Source of the DNA: an uncultured bacterium
Lineage (GTDB): Bacteria; Chloroflexota; UBA5177; JANWHV01
Direction of reading: 5' to 3'
Assembly (NCBI GenBank): GCA_963729625.1
Contig: CAVSOU010000001.1
Location: 1 to 59,107 of the forward strand
Length of the DNA: 59,107 nucleotides
The notes below the pieces were generated by a model, which was given only the letters and a program-made list of their open reading frames with translations, had not been told where the DNA came from and did no database searches. The position numbers were made by a program, and so were the translations under genes. Position 1 is the first letter of the stretch. Every line of letters starts with the position of its first letter. Positions 1 through 9,496 of the stretch are shown here, one piece after another.

Positions 1-8
1 GAGCGACG

Positions 9-512
9 CTACCCCTGAAATCGCAGCGCCATGATCGGCGTGACGACAGAAACCTCCGCGCGACCGACTTGCACCAGGGCTGCCGCCCGAAGATGCATCG
101 CGCGGAGGACCACTCTCTGTTGACCGCGCAGAATGGCATTGGGAAGAAGGGAATATGGCGGCGGGCGACTGCAGCCCCCGTCGCGTTTCGGGGGCAGGAT
201 ACCGCCAAGTGGGTACACGACCTCGCCATGATCCCCGATCACCTGGACAACAGGGTTATCAACTGTGCAGTAGATCGGAATCTGCACCGGCAGCGAAGCA
301 GTGTTTTGCAGCGTCACCGTGACGGCCAAGCGGCTCATGCGCGTGCTGATCAACGTCGCCACAGCCATGGTCAGGACTACGCCGTGCGAGTGGGCCGTGA
401 CTTGATAGACCTTTGCAGAGCTTCCCGCTGCTGGAGGTGATGGAGCGGCCATCGCCGCCAATGCAACGAGCAACGCAAGCACGCCCGACGCCACGCCTAG
501 TCGCGAGCACAT
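9..512 (-). CDS. Secreted hypothetical protein (beta-rich, two Cys)
   Basis: 167-aa ORF with an N-terminal hydrophobic signal-like segment (GVLALLVALAAMAA) and a GAGGGG RBS-like site upstream; co-oriented with the two neighbouring secreted-protein genes. Confidence 0.6.
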   Translation of the reverse strand: MCSRLGVASGVLALLVALAAMAAPSPPAAGSSAKVYQVTAHSHGVVLTMAVATLISTRMSRLAVTVTLQNTASLPVQIPIYCTVDNPVVQVIGDHGEVVYPLGGILPPKRDGGCSRPPPYSLLPNAILRGQQRVVLRAMHLRAAALVQVGRAEVSVVTPIMALRFQG

Positions 513-597
513 AACACCCCCTCAGCCAAGGATGGAAGCACGATAACCGCCCCAGATTCACTCCACGACGGCCATCGTGCGTCGCAGCCTTCTCTTG

Positions 598-1428
598 TCA
601 GAACAGTGGGTTCGCGCTGCAGGTAGCGCCTCCATTTCCGTCCCACCAGAAGCGAGCGTCACCCGATAGTTTCAGTGCCGCACCGTAGGGTCCTGGGCAC
701 ACACTCGCCGGCGACACGAAAAGGTAGTTGCTACCTGCCCGCGAGGTGGCCGGCCAATCGTGAAAGCCTTGGCCCGACACCATGTACTGGGGATGCCAAA
801 AGTAGTACGACATGGTAAGAAATGGATCGGTTGCGGCCGCGTACCCTTCCTCTCCCACCACCGAAGCCCGGTAGATCTTCAGGCTGGTGGACATGATCTT
901 CGCTACATCGTGACCCACGCTGTTTTGATCGTATACGCGAGCGATCCAGAAGCCCTGGCCGTACGTGACCAACTCCACTTTAGTCCAGTTGCCCCTCGTC
1001 ACCAGATCATTGTAGGCGCCCACACAGCCACGAACGGCAGCGGGAGTGCCGCCTACCCAGGCTTGCGTGCCGCGCAGGCACTGCACACCCGGCTCAGCGT
1101 AGACAAACCAGTAAATGCCTCCTTGGTTGTCGGTCATCAGCCCGACCTGGGAGAACTGACCGCTATACACAGTACCGTTGTACTGCCCGAGGAACGCACT
1201 GAGCCATCCGGTGCTGAAGCAGCACGGGGAATTGACGGCCGGACCATTTGTAGCCGCCACGAGGGCGCTGTAATCGTGTGCTTGGTTCACGCTCTGCTGG
1301 TCCACTCGCAGCTCTGTGTCGACAAAATCGTTTCCTGCTTTTGCTGCCGGTGGAAAAAGACACAGCAGGACCACCAGGATCATCAACACTTGAGCCGGCA
1401 GAATCCAAAATGACTTTCGGGTTTCCAT
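598..1428 (-). CDS. Secreted beta-sandwich protein, possibly glutamic peptidase (G1/neprosin)-like
   Basis: Signal peptide ending AKA; Trp/Tyr/Gly-rich beta-strand pattern with paired Cys; FSQVG and ASVVGEE motifs; GGGAGGG RBS upstream. Confidence 0.7.
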   Translation of the reverse strand: METRKSFWILPAQVLMILVVLLCLFPPAAKAGNDFVDTELRVDQQSVNQAHDYSALVAATNGPAVNSPCCFSTGWLSAFLGQYNGTVYSGQFSQVGLMTDNQGGIYWFVYAEPGVQCLRGTQAWVGGTPAAVRGCVGAYNDLVTRGNWTKVELVTYGQGFWIARVYDQNSVGHDVAKIMSTSLKIYRASVVGEEGYAAATDPFLTMSYYFWHPQYMVSGQGFHDWPATSRAGSNYLFVSPASVCPGPYGAALKLSGDARFWWDGNGGATCSANPLF

Positions 1429-1443
1429 ACCAGCTTCCCTCCC

Positions 1444-1917
1444 TTATCGGACAGGCGTAGGCGGCGGGATCAGGCTGGGGCCTGCCCCTGAAGATGTATT
1501 GGCCGAGACCGCTCCGTTCGGCACGCTGCCGCCTTGACCCAACGCCATCAGGGACAGAGGCGGAGCCATCGCGACGAGCCTCGCAGCGCCCAAGCCCCTG
1601 ACATACGTGGTGACCTGCCCGGGAGGAAGCAGGATTCGCTCCGATGTGCCATCTGAACGCTGTACAACCAGCATTGACTTGTCGCTCGGAGAAAGCTGTG
1701 GGGCCAGATCGGTTTCGTGAGACGGAACCACGAGGCCAACGCCAATGTCCGCATGAGCCAAGCCTGGTGCGCTAGGCAGCCCCAACGCAGCCGGTGTTGG
1801 GGTTGGGTCGATCGACACCTGCGAAGAGGCGCCTTGTATCCGAGGCCGGAACGTTGACATCATGAGCAGCACAGTGCCCATGAAAAGGGCACCCCGAAAC
1901 AGCGTTCGCCCATTCAT
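1444..1917 (-). CDS. Secreted or membrane-anchored hypothetical protein with Pro-rich linkers
   Basis: Start placed at MNGRT (AAGGA RBS); signal-like segment; PTPTP linker; 15 nt from the next gene. Confidence 0.65.
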   Translation of the reverse strand: MNGRTLFRGALFMGTVLLMMSTFRPRIQGASSQVSIDPTPTPAALGLPSAPGLAHADIGVGLVVPSHETDLAPQLSPSDKSMLVVQRSDGTSERILLPPGQVTTYVRGLGAARLVAMAPPLSLMALGQGGSVPNGAVSANTSSGAGPSLIPPPTPVR

Positions 1918-2369
1918 TTCCTTGCGCTTTCTCCCTTTCTCAGCAAACCATCGAACGACCTTAGCGCCCCGAATACCTAACAGGCGCCTTCGGACCCGTG
2001 TGCTGCACCTCCTTTCCGCTGCGGAGACGCGTGCAGACGCAGCATCTATTCGACCCCGCCAATTCGTAGCCGAAGCGGATTCTCTCGACAGCACCAAGCG
2101 CACGCTCGCGCCCGGGCGCTGGAACAGTTGCGGTCAACGTCGATACGTGGCCGACGAGTACGTGCTGGGACCAGTCACGCCATCAGCAAGCAGCCAAGAT
2201 CGTCCCGTGAGCCATGCCGTATCGGAGCACGGCACTATCGATATGCTACGAGCGCGTTATGTCGCGAATCCGCTCCAGCAGGCGCTCCAGTGCTATGAAG
2301 GGCCTGCTGCCAGGGCTCGCAACAGTCAGCACCACAAAGCCACAAATAGGGCACCAAGCAATCAGAGCA

Positions 2370-2378
2370 ATTATAGCA
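2370..2378 (-). promoter_or_regulatory. Extended -10 promoter (TGcTATAAT) facing the secreted-protein genes
   Basis: Perfect TGnTATAAT on the minus strand in an intergenic region. Confidence 0.5.
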
Positions 2379-2489
2379 CGGCACGTGAGAAGCTCTTGCA
2401 TCCGTGACCGGCTCGGTCGCCCGTGCTGCAACTGATGTGCGCCGGAGCCTGTGGAGGCGCTGTTGCGGCGTGGGCTGGCGAGGACGGGT

Positions 2490-2584
2490 CAGCCACGCGT
2501 CCTTTGACTCTGCCATAGTGTTGGATAGGACGATGCCCATAGCTGGGCAACGCCGCGCTGACGGGGTGCACACCAGGAGTTTGA
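2490..2584 (+). repeat. Direct repeat copy 1 (~95 bp)
   Basis: Core 2505-2584 matches 3507-3587 with 2 substitutions and 1 indel; both copies begin CAGCCACG. Confidence 0.9.
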
Positions 2585-2629
2585 TTGTCGCACAGCGCGC
2601 CGGTGATGTCAGCCCTCCTGCTCGTGGCG

Positions 2630-3388
2630 TCACCGGGCTTTGCGAAAGCGCTGCTTCTGATCCGCTGTCATTTTCTCCGTAGCGTACTGGAAGATCACGC
2701 GCGGCGACACATCTTTCCATTCCAGCAGGAAGGCTTCCACCGGATCAGGATCGCGCTTCCACGCTTCGCGCATGAACCAGCCGACGCCCTGCTGAACCAC
2801 CTTCTCCTGGTCCAGCATCATCGGTCGCAGGAAGTCCAGCAATGGCGGCACATCGCGCGTCGTTTTCAGCAGGGCGAGCATGGTGACCGGCACGGCCCGC
2901 CGCTGGTACCTGAGAGGCGATCGCAGCCAGGGTTCAAACGCCTCGAGGGGCACGATATCGCGGCTGAGGAATTCGGAGAGGAGGCTTCCGCAGAGCGTGT
3001 CGGCATGCGCCCAGTTACGGACTCCGTGCGCGAACCATGCGGCAAAGCGGTCCAGCGTGCGAGGCTGAAACTGCTTCTTGAAGCTGCCGGCAAAGTAGAT
3101 CGCCAGAAAGCCCTCTTCGTATTTGCCGCTCGGCCAGAGGAGATCGCCGAGGTCGAGGAAGCCGTCCATGCCGAGCTCGTCGCGGTGACAATCGAGCCAT
3201 CGCGCACGTTCCGCGTCGTACTCGGCGCCGGCAACGCCAAAAGCGTCGTACCCTTCGGTGAAGTACTTCGCGTACTTGGCGACGAGAGCTGGGTCGCCGC
3301 GAGAGCTCAGGTAGTGCCGAATCTCGGCGAGCAGTGATTCCATGGAGGCAGCCCGCTGCCCGCCGCCGTCAGCCTGTGCGACATCCAT
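2630..3388 (-). CDS. DNA alkylation repair protein (AlkD-like, HEAT-like repeats)
   Basis: NWAHAD and VVQQGVGWFMREAWKRDP motifs typical of the DNA_alkylation family; GGAGG RBS. Confidence 0.85.
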   Translation of the reverse strand: MDVAQADGGGQRAASMESLLAEIRHYLSSRGDPALVAKYAKYFTEGYDAFGVAGAEYDAERARWLDCHRDELGMDGFLDLGDLLWPSGKYEEGFLAIYFAGSFKKQFQPRTLDRFAAWFAHGVRNWAHADTLCGSLLSEFLSRDIVPLEAFEPWLRSPLRYQRRAVPVTMLALLKTTRDVPPLLDFLRPMMLDQEKVVQQGVGWFMREAWKRDPDPVEAFLLEWKDVSPRVIFQYATEKMTADQKQRFRKAR

Positions 3389-3491
3389 CTGAGGCGTCCT
3401 CCGGACTATGCGTGCCGTTACGGCCGCCTCGATCCGCGCGGCCTCGCGGTTATTCTAGCACCCGTGACCAGGCCATCTCGGGGGACTGCTC

Positions 3492-3587
3492 CAGCCACGT
3501 GGCCGGTGACTCTGCCATAATGTTGGATAGGACGATGCCCATAGCTGTGGCAACGCCGCGCTGACGGGGTGCACACCGGGAGTTTGA
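3492..3587 (+). repeat. Direct repeat copy 2, forming the promoter, 5'UTR and RBS of the kinase-like gene
   Basis: Contains TGcCATAAT (3513-3521) and GGGAG immediately before the ATG at 3590. Confidence 0.9.
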
Positions 3588-3589
3588 GC

Positions 3590-5938
3590 ATGACTACAGC
3601 CGAACTGCCTGACGCGTCGGATTCTTCTCAGGGACCTGCCTCCTGTCCATTCTGTGGTGCACCGGTCTCCGCCGAGCAGGCATTCTGCACTGTCTGTGGC
3701 CAACCCGGTACTCCGCTCCACGAGGGCGTGCTGCTCAATGGCGCGTACCGCATTGCTTCGACGTTAAGCGTCAGCAGCACCGGCGCCGTGTACAAAGCAG
3801 TGGACCAGCGGCACAAGCGGAGCGTCACGATCAAGGAATTGTTGGCGCCACCGGGAGGCACGGCGGCCGATCGGGAGGCGCTGAGAGAGCGCTTCGCGCG
3901 CGAAGCAAGGATTATCGAACACCTCAAGCACCCATGCCTGCCTGAGGTGTATTCCGGTTTCTCCGCGGGCGGCCGCCACTATATCGTGATGGCGCTGCTG
4001 CCCGGCAGGAACCTCGAAGCGGTGCTGGTCGACCGCGGCAAGGGCTTTCCGGAACGCCAGGTGCGTGACTGGGCTGGCCAATTCGTGAGCCTGCTCGAGT
4101 ACTTCGAAGAACGGCATCCTCCGTTTGTCCACGGCGAGATCCAGCCGTCACATGTGATGACGCGGGACGACGGCACGCCGTGTGTGGTCGGCTTCGGGAC
4201 GGCTCCGCGGCTCGGCCTTCGATCCTATCTGGAGCTTCCGGGCCAGCCGAGCACGCGAGCGCCGGCCGCTCGCTCGGAAAAGGATGGCAAGCGTGGCAAG
4301 AGCGGCCGTCTCGGCCTGGTGGGCGTCCGCGACGATATCTACGGCGTGGGCGCAATCCTCCATGCCGCGCTTACCGGTCGCGATGTATTTGTCGGCGTGG
4401 ACGAGCTGGAACGGCCGTTTCCGCCGGTGCGCGAGTGGGCGCCACGCGCCAGCGTGGGCATCGCTGAGTTCGTGAATAGAGCTGCGTCTACCGATCCGGC
4501 GCTGAGCTACCCGTCCGCCGTGGCGATGCGTGCCGCGCTAACGGCATTGATGCGCACCACAGCGCATACTTCTGCGCACGCTGAGGCGAGCACGCCTTCA
4601 CCCAGAGCATTCCGCTGGTGGCCGGTCGCCGGCATCGGCATTGTCGCGGTGGTTGCTATCGTCGCACTGCTCTATGTCTTCTTGACATCGTCATCGAACA
4701 CGGCGAAGGAACCACTGGTGACCGTCACGCCCCACAACACGCCGGTGCCCACCGCGAGTCCCACGGCAGCCCCGCCGCTGCAAACTACACCAGTTGCCGA
4801 CACGTTCATTCCGCAGACGACCGCCTGGGACAGCTCGAGCACGATATCCAGACACGGCGGAGAGCTGTGGATGGACAACACCCGCGGCGCGACCACGATG
4901 AAGGCTATCCGCAAGGGCTACACCACCGGCGACAGCGGTTTTACCGTGAGAGGAGTCGTCCGCCTTGTCAAGGGACCAAGTACCGTCGGCTACGGCATCG
5001 TGGCGGCTGATCGGACAGGCACATCGCCAGGCAATGTCGCACTGCTGGTGCGGGGCACCGGGGCCTGGGCGCTGCAAAGGACACTCGCTGGACACAAGTC
5101 GATGCTGATTGATTGGCGTCAATCTCTCGCGATCCGGCTCGGACACAACACGGTGAATCAGCTCCAGCTCAGCCTTGCGCCGGGCCGTGGGCAGAAGCCC
5201 GGGACGTTTTCAGTAGTGATTAACGGCCAGCCCACATTTGTCTCTGTTCAGGCGTGGAGCGCGACGCCAACAGGAGGCGTGGGCATCATTGCCGATCCGG
5301 GCGCCGAAGTGGTTTGCGACGGCCTCAGCGTCAATCCGTCTCAGGCTGGAAATGCCCAGGTCGACGCATACTTTCTGGACAATAGGCTCGGCTGGACGGG
5401 CGGAGCCGCGCCTCTGGTCGCCAACGACCTGATGGTGCTGCGTCCAGCCACGAATAACCTGTGGGCCGAGGCAAGCTCACCGCAGTACGCGACCCTCACC
5501 GGAGCGAAACCATTCTCAGAGGATGTCATGCTCGCGCTATCCAGCAAGACCGCCACGCCGCCCATGGGCGGCGTGGTGTTCGCGCGCGCGAACACCACCA
5601 TAAAGGTCCACGGGCGGAAGCAAACCACCAGCACGGCATTGGCGGCGGTGGTCAACACGATCGGTCAGGTCGTGGTCGTGGAGCTGACTGCAGGCCATAG
5701 CAAAGCCGTGTTGGGCCCGCTCGGTAACAAGAGCGTCCGCAGAGGCTCCGGCCTGAATCTCGTGGGCGTCGGCGTGACCGTGGAGCCGAATGGAGTGCAG
5801 GCGCGGATAAGCATCAATGGAAGCAAGCCACTGCTCTATGCGGTCAAGATCCCTGGTCTGAAGCCCGCGACCGGCATCGTCGCCGTCGGCAAAGGCGCGA
5901 TCGTGACGGCGAATGAGTATCGCCTGTTCCGTCAGTGA
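3590..5938 (+). CDS. Membrane Hanks-type Ser/Thr kinase-like protein (probable pseudokinase) with zinc ribbon, TM helix and extracellular beta domains
   Basis: CPFC/CTVC ribbon, VTIKE, RFAREA and DDIYGVG present; catalytic loop reads HGEIQPSH and DFG reads GFG; TM segment followed by a PT-rich linker. Confidence 0.85.
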   Translation: MTTAELPDASDSSQGPASCPFCGAPVSAEQAFCTVCGQPGTPLHEGVLLNGAYRIASTLSVSSTGAVYKAVDQRHKRSVTIKELLAPPGGTAADREALRERFAREARIIEHLKHPCLPEVYSGFSAGGRHYIVMALLPGRNLEAVLVDRGKGFPERQVRDWAGQFVSLLEYFEERHPPFVHGEIQPSHVMTRDDGTPCVVGFGTAPRLGLRSYLELPGQPSTRAPAARSEKDGKRGKSGRLGLVGVRDDIYGVGAILHAALTGRDVFVGVDELERPFPPVREWAPRASVGIAEFVNRAASTDPALSYPSAVAMRAALTALMRTTAHTSAHAEASTPSPRAFRWWPVAGIGIVAVVAIVALLYVFLTSSSNTAKEPLVTVTPHNTPVPTASPTAAPPLQTTPVADTFIPQTTAWDSSSTISRHGGELWMDNTRGATTMKAIRKGYTTGDSGFTVRGVVRLVKGPSTVGYGIVAADRTGTSPGNVALLVRGTGAWALQRTLAGHKSMLIDWRQSLAIRLGHNTVNQLQLSLAPGRGQKPGTFSVVINGQPTFVSVQAWSATPTGGVGIIADPGAEVVCDGLSVNPSQAGNAQVDAYFLDNRLGWTGGAAPLVANDLMVLRPATNNLWAEASSPQYATLTGAKPFSEDVMLALSSKTATPPMGGVVFARANTTIKVHGRKQTTSTALAAVVNTIGQVVVVELTAGHSKAVLGPLGNKSVRRGSGLNLVGVGVTVEPNGVQARISINGSKPLLYAVKIPGLKPATGIVAVGKGAIVTANEYRLFRQ

Positions 5939-6174
5939 CCGCGGGTCACCCGACATTCGGGGGCGCGGAATGCTGAGAGTGGGTCGTCCAGGGCGGCGTC
6001 CGGAGCGACTGTGGTGGCTGGCGCTGCGCACATTTGTGGTTGACGGGGACTCCTATGGTGGCGTGTCAGCCCGCCCCGTTTGCGCCCCTTGGCAGCGCGG
6101 TGCCTCTGCACTTCCCTTGTATGCCGCAGCTTCAGGCCGGATGCACTCCGCAACGGGTAACTGGCGACAAACTA

Positions 6175-7245
6175 CTAAACCTGTTCGGGACATACTTCCC
6201 GGCCCTCCACGGCCGCGCGGTAGACGGCAAGGACAACAGCCAGAACGTTGCGGCCGTCACGGCCGGTAATCGCAGGCGGGCGGCCCTCCACGACCGCCTC
6301 GACGAAATCCGCGATCTGGTCGGTGTGCCTGCCGCCATATGGAGGAGCGTGCGAAGCCGCGCGCGTCGCTGGGGGGCGTTCGCCGGACCAAGGCGCGCCG
6401 TGATCCCCGACTGCCTCGAGCTCGCGCCGGGTAGCGGCGAAGATGAGCTCGCCGTCCTCGAGGATGGCAGTTCCCTCAGTGCCGCTGATTTCCAGCCGTT
6501 CCGGTAGCCCCGGAAAGACAGCCGTACTGCCGAGAATAGTGCCGATGGCGCCGGAGGCGAACCGCAGTACCGCTGCCGCGACGTCCTCCACTTCAATCGT
6601 GTGACAGGCTGTGGCGAGAAGGGCTGAAACGCCGGCTACCGGCCCGCACAGAGCCAGCAGCAAGTCGACATAATGAATGGACTGATTGATCAGCGCGCCT
6701 CCTCCATCCATAGCTCTCGTGCCGCGCCACGCGGCGCTGTCGTAGTACGCCTGAGCGCGATACCACTTGGTGCGCGCCTCGCCGAGCACGAGGCGGCCAA
6801 GCCTGCCCTCCTCAACCATCGACCTCAGATCGACAAACCCAGGGTCGAAGCGATGCTGCGAGACGACCCCGAGCTGGACGCCTGCGTTCCGGCACGCATC
6901 GATGAGCTCGTCGGCGCGTGCGAGCGACACGTCGATAGGCTTCTCGACCAGAACATGCCGACCTGCCCGCGCTGCCTGCACGCCGATTTCCGCGTGCAGC
7001 CCGCTCGGCGTGCATACGTGAACCATATCGGCGTCGGGCCAGTGCAAGGCTTCGTGAAGAGATGTGGTGAAGCGGACGTCCCACCTTGTCCCGTACGCAC
7101 GGGCACGTTCGCCGTCAATATCGACAACACCCACCAGACGCGCCCGCCCATGCTGTGCCAGGTCTGCCAGGGCGTTCGCATGCACGTCGCCCACGACACC
7201 GCATCCTACGAGCACGCTGCCTGGAATACGCGCACCGGCGCTCAT
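6175..7245 (-). CDS. Gfo/Idh/MocA family oxidoreductase
   Basis: GCGVVG Rossmann motif, HVLVEKP, GGGALINQSIHYVD. Confidence 0.92.
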   Translation of the reverse strand: MSAGARIPGSVLVGCGVVGDVHANALADLAQHGRARLVGVVDIDGERARAYGTRWDVRFTTSLHEALHWPDADMVHVCTPSGLHAEIGVQAARAGRHVLVEKPIDVSLARADELIDACRNAGVQLGVVSQHRFDPGFVDLRSMVEEGRLGRLVLGEARTKWYRAQAYYDSAAWRGTRAMDGGGALINQSIHYVDLLLALCGPVAGVSALLATACHTIEVEDVAAAVLRFASGAIGTILGSTAVFPGLPERLEISGTEGTAILEDGELIFAATRRELEAVGDHGAPWSGERPPATRAASHAPPYGGRHTDQIADFVEAVVEGRPPAITGRDGRNVLAVVLAVYRAAVEGREVCPEQV

Positions 7246-8051
7246 CGAGAGCTCACAGTCATCAATGCAGCCTCATTCCATTGCGCGCGCAGCGCGGCGA
7301 TCGCGGGGCCGGCCTCCGTCGCGAAGTCCTGCCATGCGCATTCGAGTGAGATCCGGCCATCGTACCCCATCTTGTGGAGCACGGAGAGCCAGGGTCGAAA
7401 GTCCTCGCCGTAGCGTCCGGGAGCAGAGCGGTCCCGCATCTCGGCGACATGTACGTGCGACAGGATCGACGGGAACGGTAGCACGCTCTCCGGCGCTTCG
7501 CCGTTGCAGGCCGCGTGATACAGATCGACCAGCAAACCGACACCAGGACGCGCAACCGATTGCACCAGCCGGCCCCCTTCCCCGATAGTGTTGACGATGT
7601 TCGTCTCCTCGCAGCGTAGCGGCTCCAGAGCCAGGACGATTCCAGCGTCTTCTGCCCAGACGGACCACGCGGCGAGATGTTCGCCAAGCTGCGCCAGCGC
7701 CTCTTCCCGGGAGACACCGTCCGGGCGCGCCCGCGCAGCGCCGCTTCCGAACACGATCACGAGAATGCCGGCACGACCGGCGCGCTCGATCGCCGTACGC
7801 GCGTAGCGCTGGACGCGCGTTCCATCGATGGGGAGGCCCGGCCCGGCCACGAGGCGCAGATCGGATGGAAACATGGCGTTGGCTGCTTCGACTTGAATCG
7901 GCAGCTGCTGAGCACGTGCAAGATTGGACTCGAACTCCGCGTCAGATCGCTCGGGGCAGAGAAATCGCTGGACATTCTCTTCGACGAAATCCAACGGCAG
8001 GCCGGGACAGGTCACTGCTACATGCACTGAAACACAAGCACCCAGCCTCAT
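7242..8051 (-). CDS. Sugar phosphate isomerase/epimerase (xylose isomerase-like TIM barrel)
   Basis: VFGSG, LALEPL, VDLYH, HVHVAE, ISLEC motifs; start placed at MRLGAC; ATGA overlap with the oxidoreductase. Confidence 0.88.
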   Translation of the reverse strand: MRLGACVSVHVAVTCPGLPLDFVEENVQRFLCPERSDAEFESNLARAQQLPIQVEAANAMFPSDLRLVAGPGLPIDGTRVQRYARTAIERAGRAGILVIVFGSGAARARPDGVSREEALAQLGEHLAAWSVWAEDAGIVLALEPLRCEETNIVNTIGEGGRLVQSVARPGVGLLVDLYHAACNGEAPESVLPFPSILSHVHVAEMRDRSAPGRYGEDFRPWLSVLHKMGYDGRISLECAWQDFATEAGPAIAALRAQWNEAALMTVSSR

Positions 8052-8307
8052 CGTCACCCCCGTCCAGAACTCCCAACCACGGCGCCACGACCCTGTCGCA
8101 TCTCTGAAGGATAACGCTGGAATCACGGATGGTGCGCGCCCTGCTGAGTACATAGGCCCACGTTCCTCACGCTTCGTAACGAAGAAACCACGTCTGGCGT
8201 GCGCTGTGCCACACTGAAGGCAGTCGGCTGGCCGGCTCAGGAATGGCCGCGAAGCGCTTGTCGGCTCAATACTACTGCGACAACATCGTGAGTGAGGAGC
8301 AGTACCT

Positions 8308-9282
8308 ATGATGCACGTCCGCATTTACACCGGAGACGGCCGGTCTCTGGTCGATCCATCGCCCGTCGAAGTCGAGCAGTATCATCGCGACCTGCAATCA
8401 AATGTGTGGGTCGATCTCGAAGCGGCGACAAGCGAAGAAATGGACTTCGTGGCCAAAGCTTTTGGTCTCATGGATCTGACGGTCGAGGATCTGCTGCATC
8501 GCGGCCAACGCGCCAAGCTTGAAGCCTTTGATGGGTACAACGTTCTGATCATGCACGGCATGGCTTTCGAGCCCAAGACGATGGAAGCAACGGTACCGGA
8601 GCTGGATATCGTCCTCGGCAAGTCCTTCATTATCACGAATCACGACGGCTCCATGCCGGAAATCCTGCAGGACCCGCAGGGACCCGAGCACGCCTGCGCA
8701 CAGCTTGGAAAGAGCACAACAGTCACCCTCTATGAGGTGGTCGACCGGCTGGTCGATGCATACTATCCGGTTCTGGACATCATCGACGACGCGATCGACG
8801 CACTGGAGCTGAGCATCCTCAATAACCCTTCCCCCGCCGAGCTACAGCAGATCTTCACGCTAAAGCATTCGCTCGGCACGCTTCGCAAGGTCATCAGTCC
8901 GCAGCTCGAGGTCTTCAACCGGCTGATTGCCCGTCAGGATGAGATGATCGATCCGCAGTACGCCGTCTACTTCCGCGATATCTACGATCACCTTGTTCGC
9001 ACCTTCGAAGTGATCGATTCATATCGGGACCTGATGAGCAATGCCATGGATGCCTATCTGTCCATGGTCTCCAACCGGCAGAACGAGGTAATGAAGCGCT
9101 TGACGATCTTTGCGTCGATCTTCTTTCCGATCACCTTTCTCACCGGCTTGTTTGGCCAGAACTTCCGCGACATGCCTCAGGTGCAACACGACACCGGCTA
9201 CCTGTGGTGGTTCGTGCTGTCCATCATGATTCTGCTGAGCCTGTCACAGCTCGTCTATTATCGTCGCCGAGGTTGGCTCTAG
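8308..9282 (+). CDS. corA: CorA family divalent cation transporter
   Basis: WVDL, QRAKLE, YFRDIYDHL, NEVMKRLT, two C-terminal TM helices with GQN at the signature position; GAGGAG RBS. Confidence 0.92.
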   Translation: MMHVRIYTGDGRSLVDPSPVEVEQYHRDLQSNVWVDLEAATSEEMDFVAKAFGLMDLTVEDLLHRGQRAKLEAFDGYNVLIMHGMAFEPKTMEATVPELDIVLGKSFIITNHDGSMPEILQDPQGPEHACAQLGKSTTVTLYEVVDRLVDAYYPVLDIIDDAIDALELSILNNPSPAELQQIFTLKHSLGTLRKVISPQLEVFNRLIARQDEMIDPQYAVYFRDIYDHLVRTFEVIDSYRDLMSNAMDAYLSMVSNRQNEVMKRLTIFASIFFPITFLTGLFGQNFRDMPQVQHDTGYLWWFVLSIMILLSLSQLVYYRRRGWL

Positions 9283-9496
9283 CAGGGTTGTACGCGCGCG
9301 ACCTCCTCTGCCGGTCGCACCGGGTACACGGGGCGGCATGAAGCTGCTCCGCTTCGTGATGTGCCTGCCGCGCGGATGAATTCAGGGCACCTGGTAGTCT
9401 GAAGAAGACGCCGGATGGGAGTATCGCGCTCGATCTCGCCGCTTCCAGGCAGGATAATGAGCGCCTGAGCAGAGTTGTCAGGAAGGAGTGCATGGT

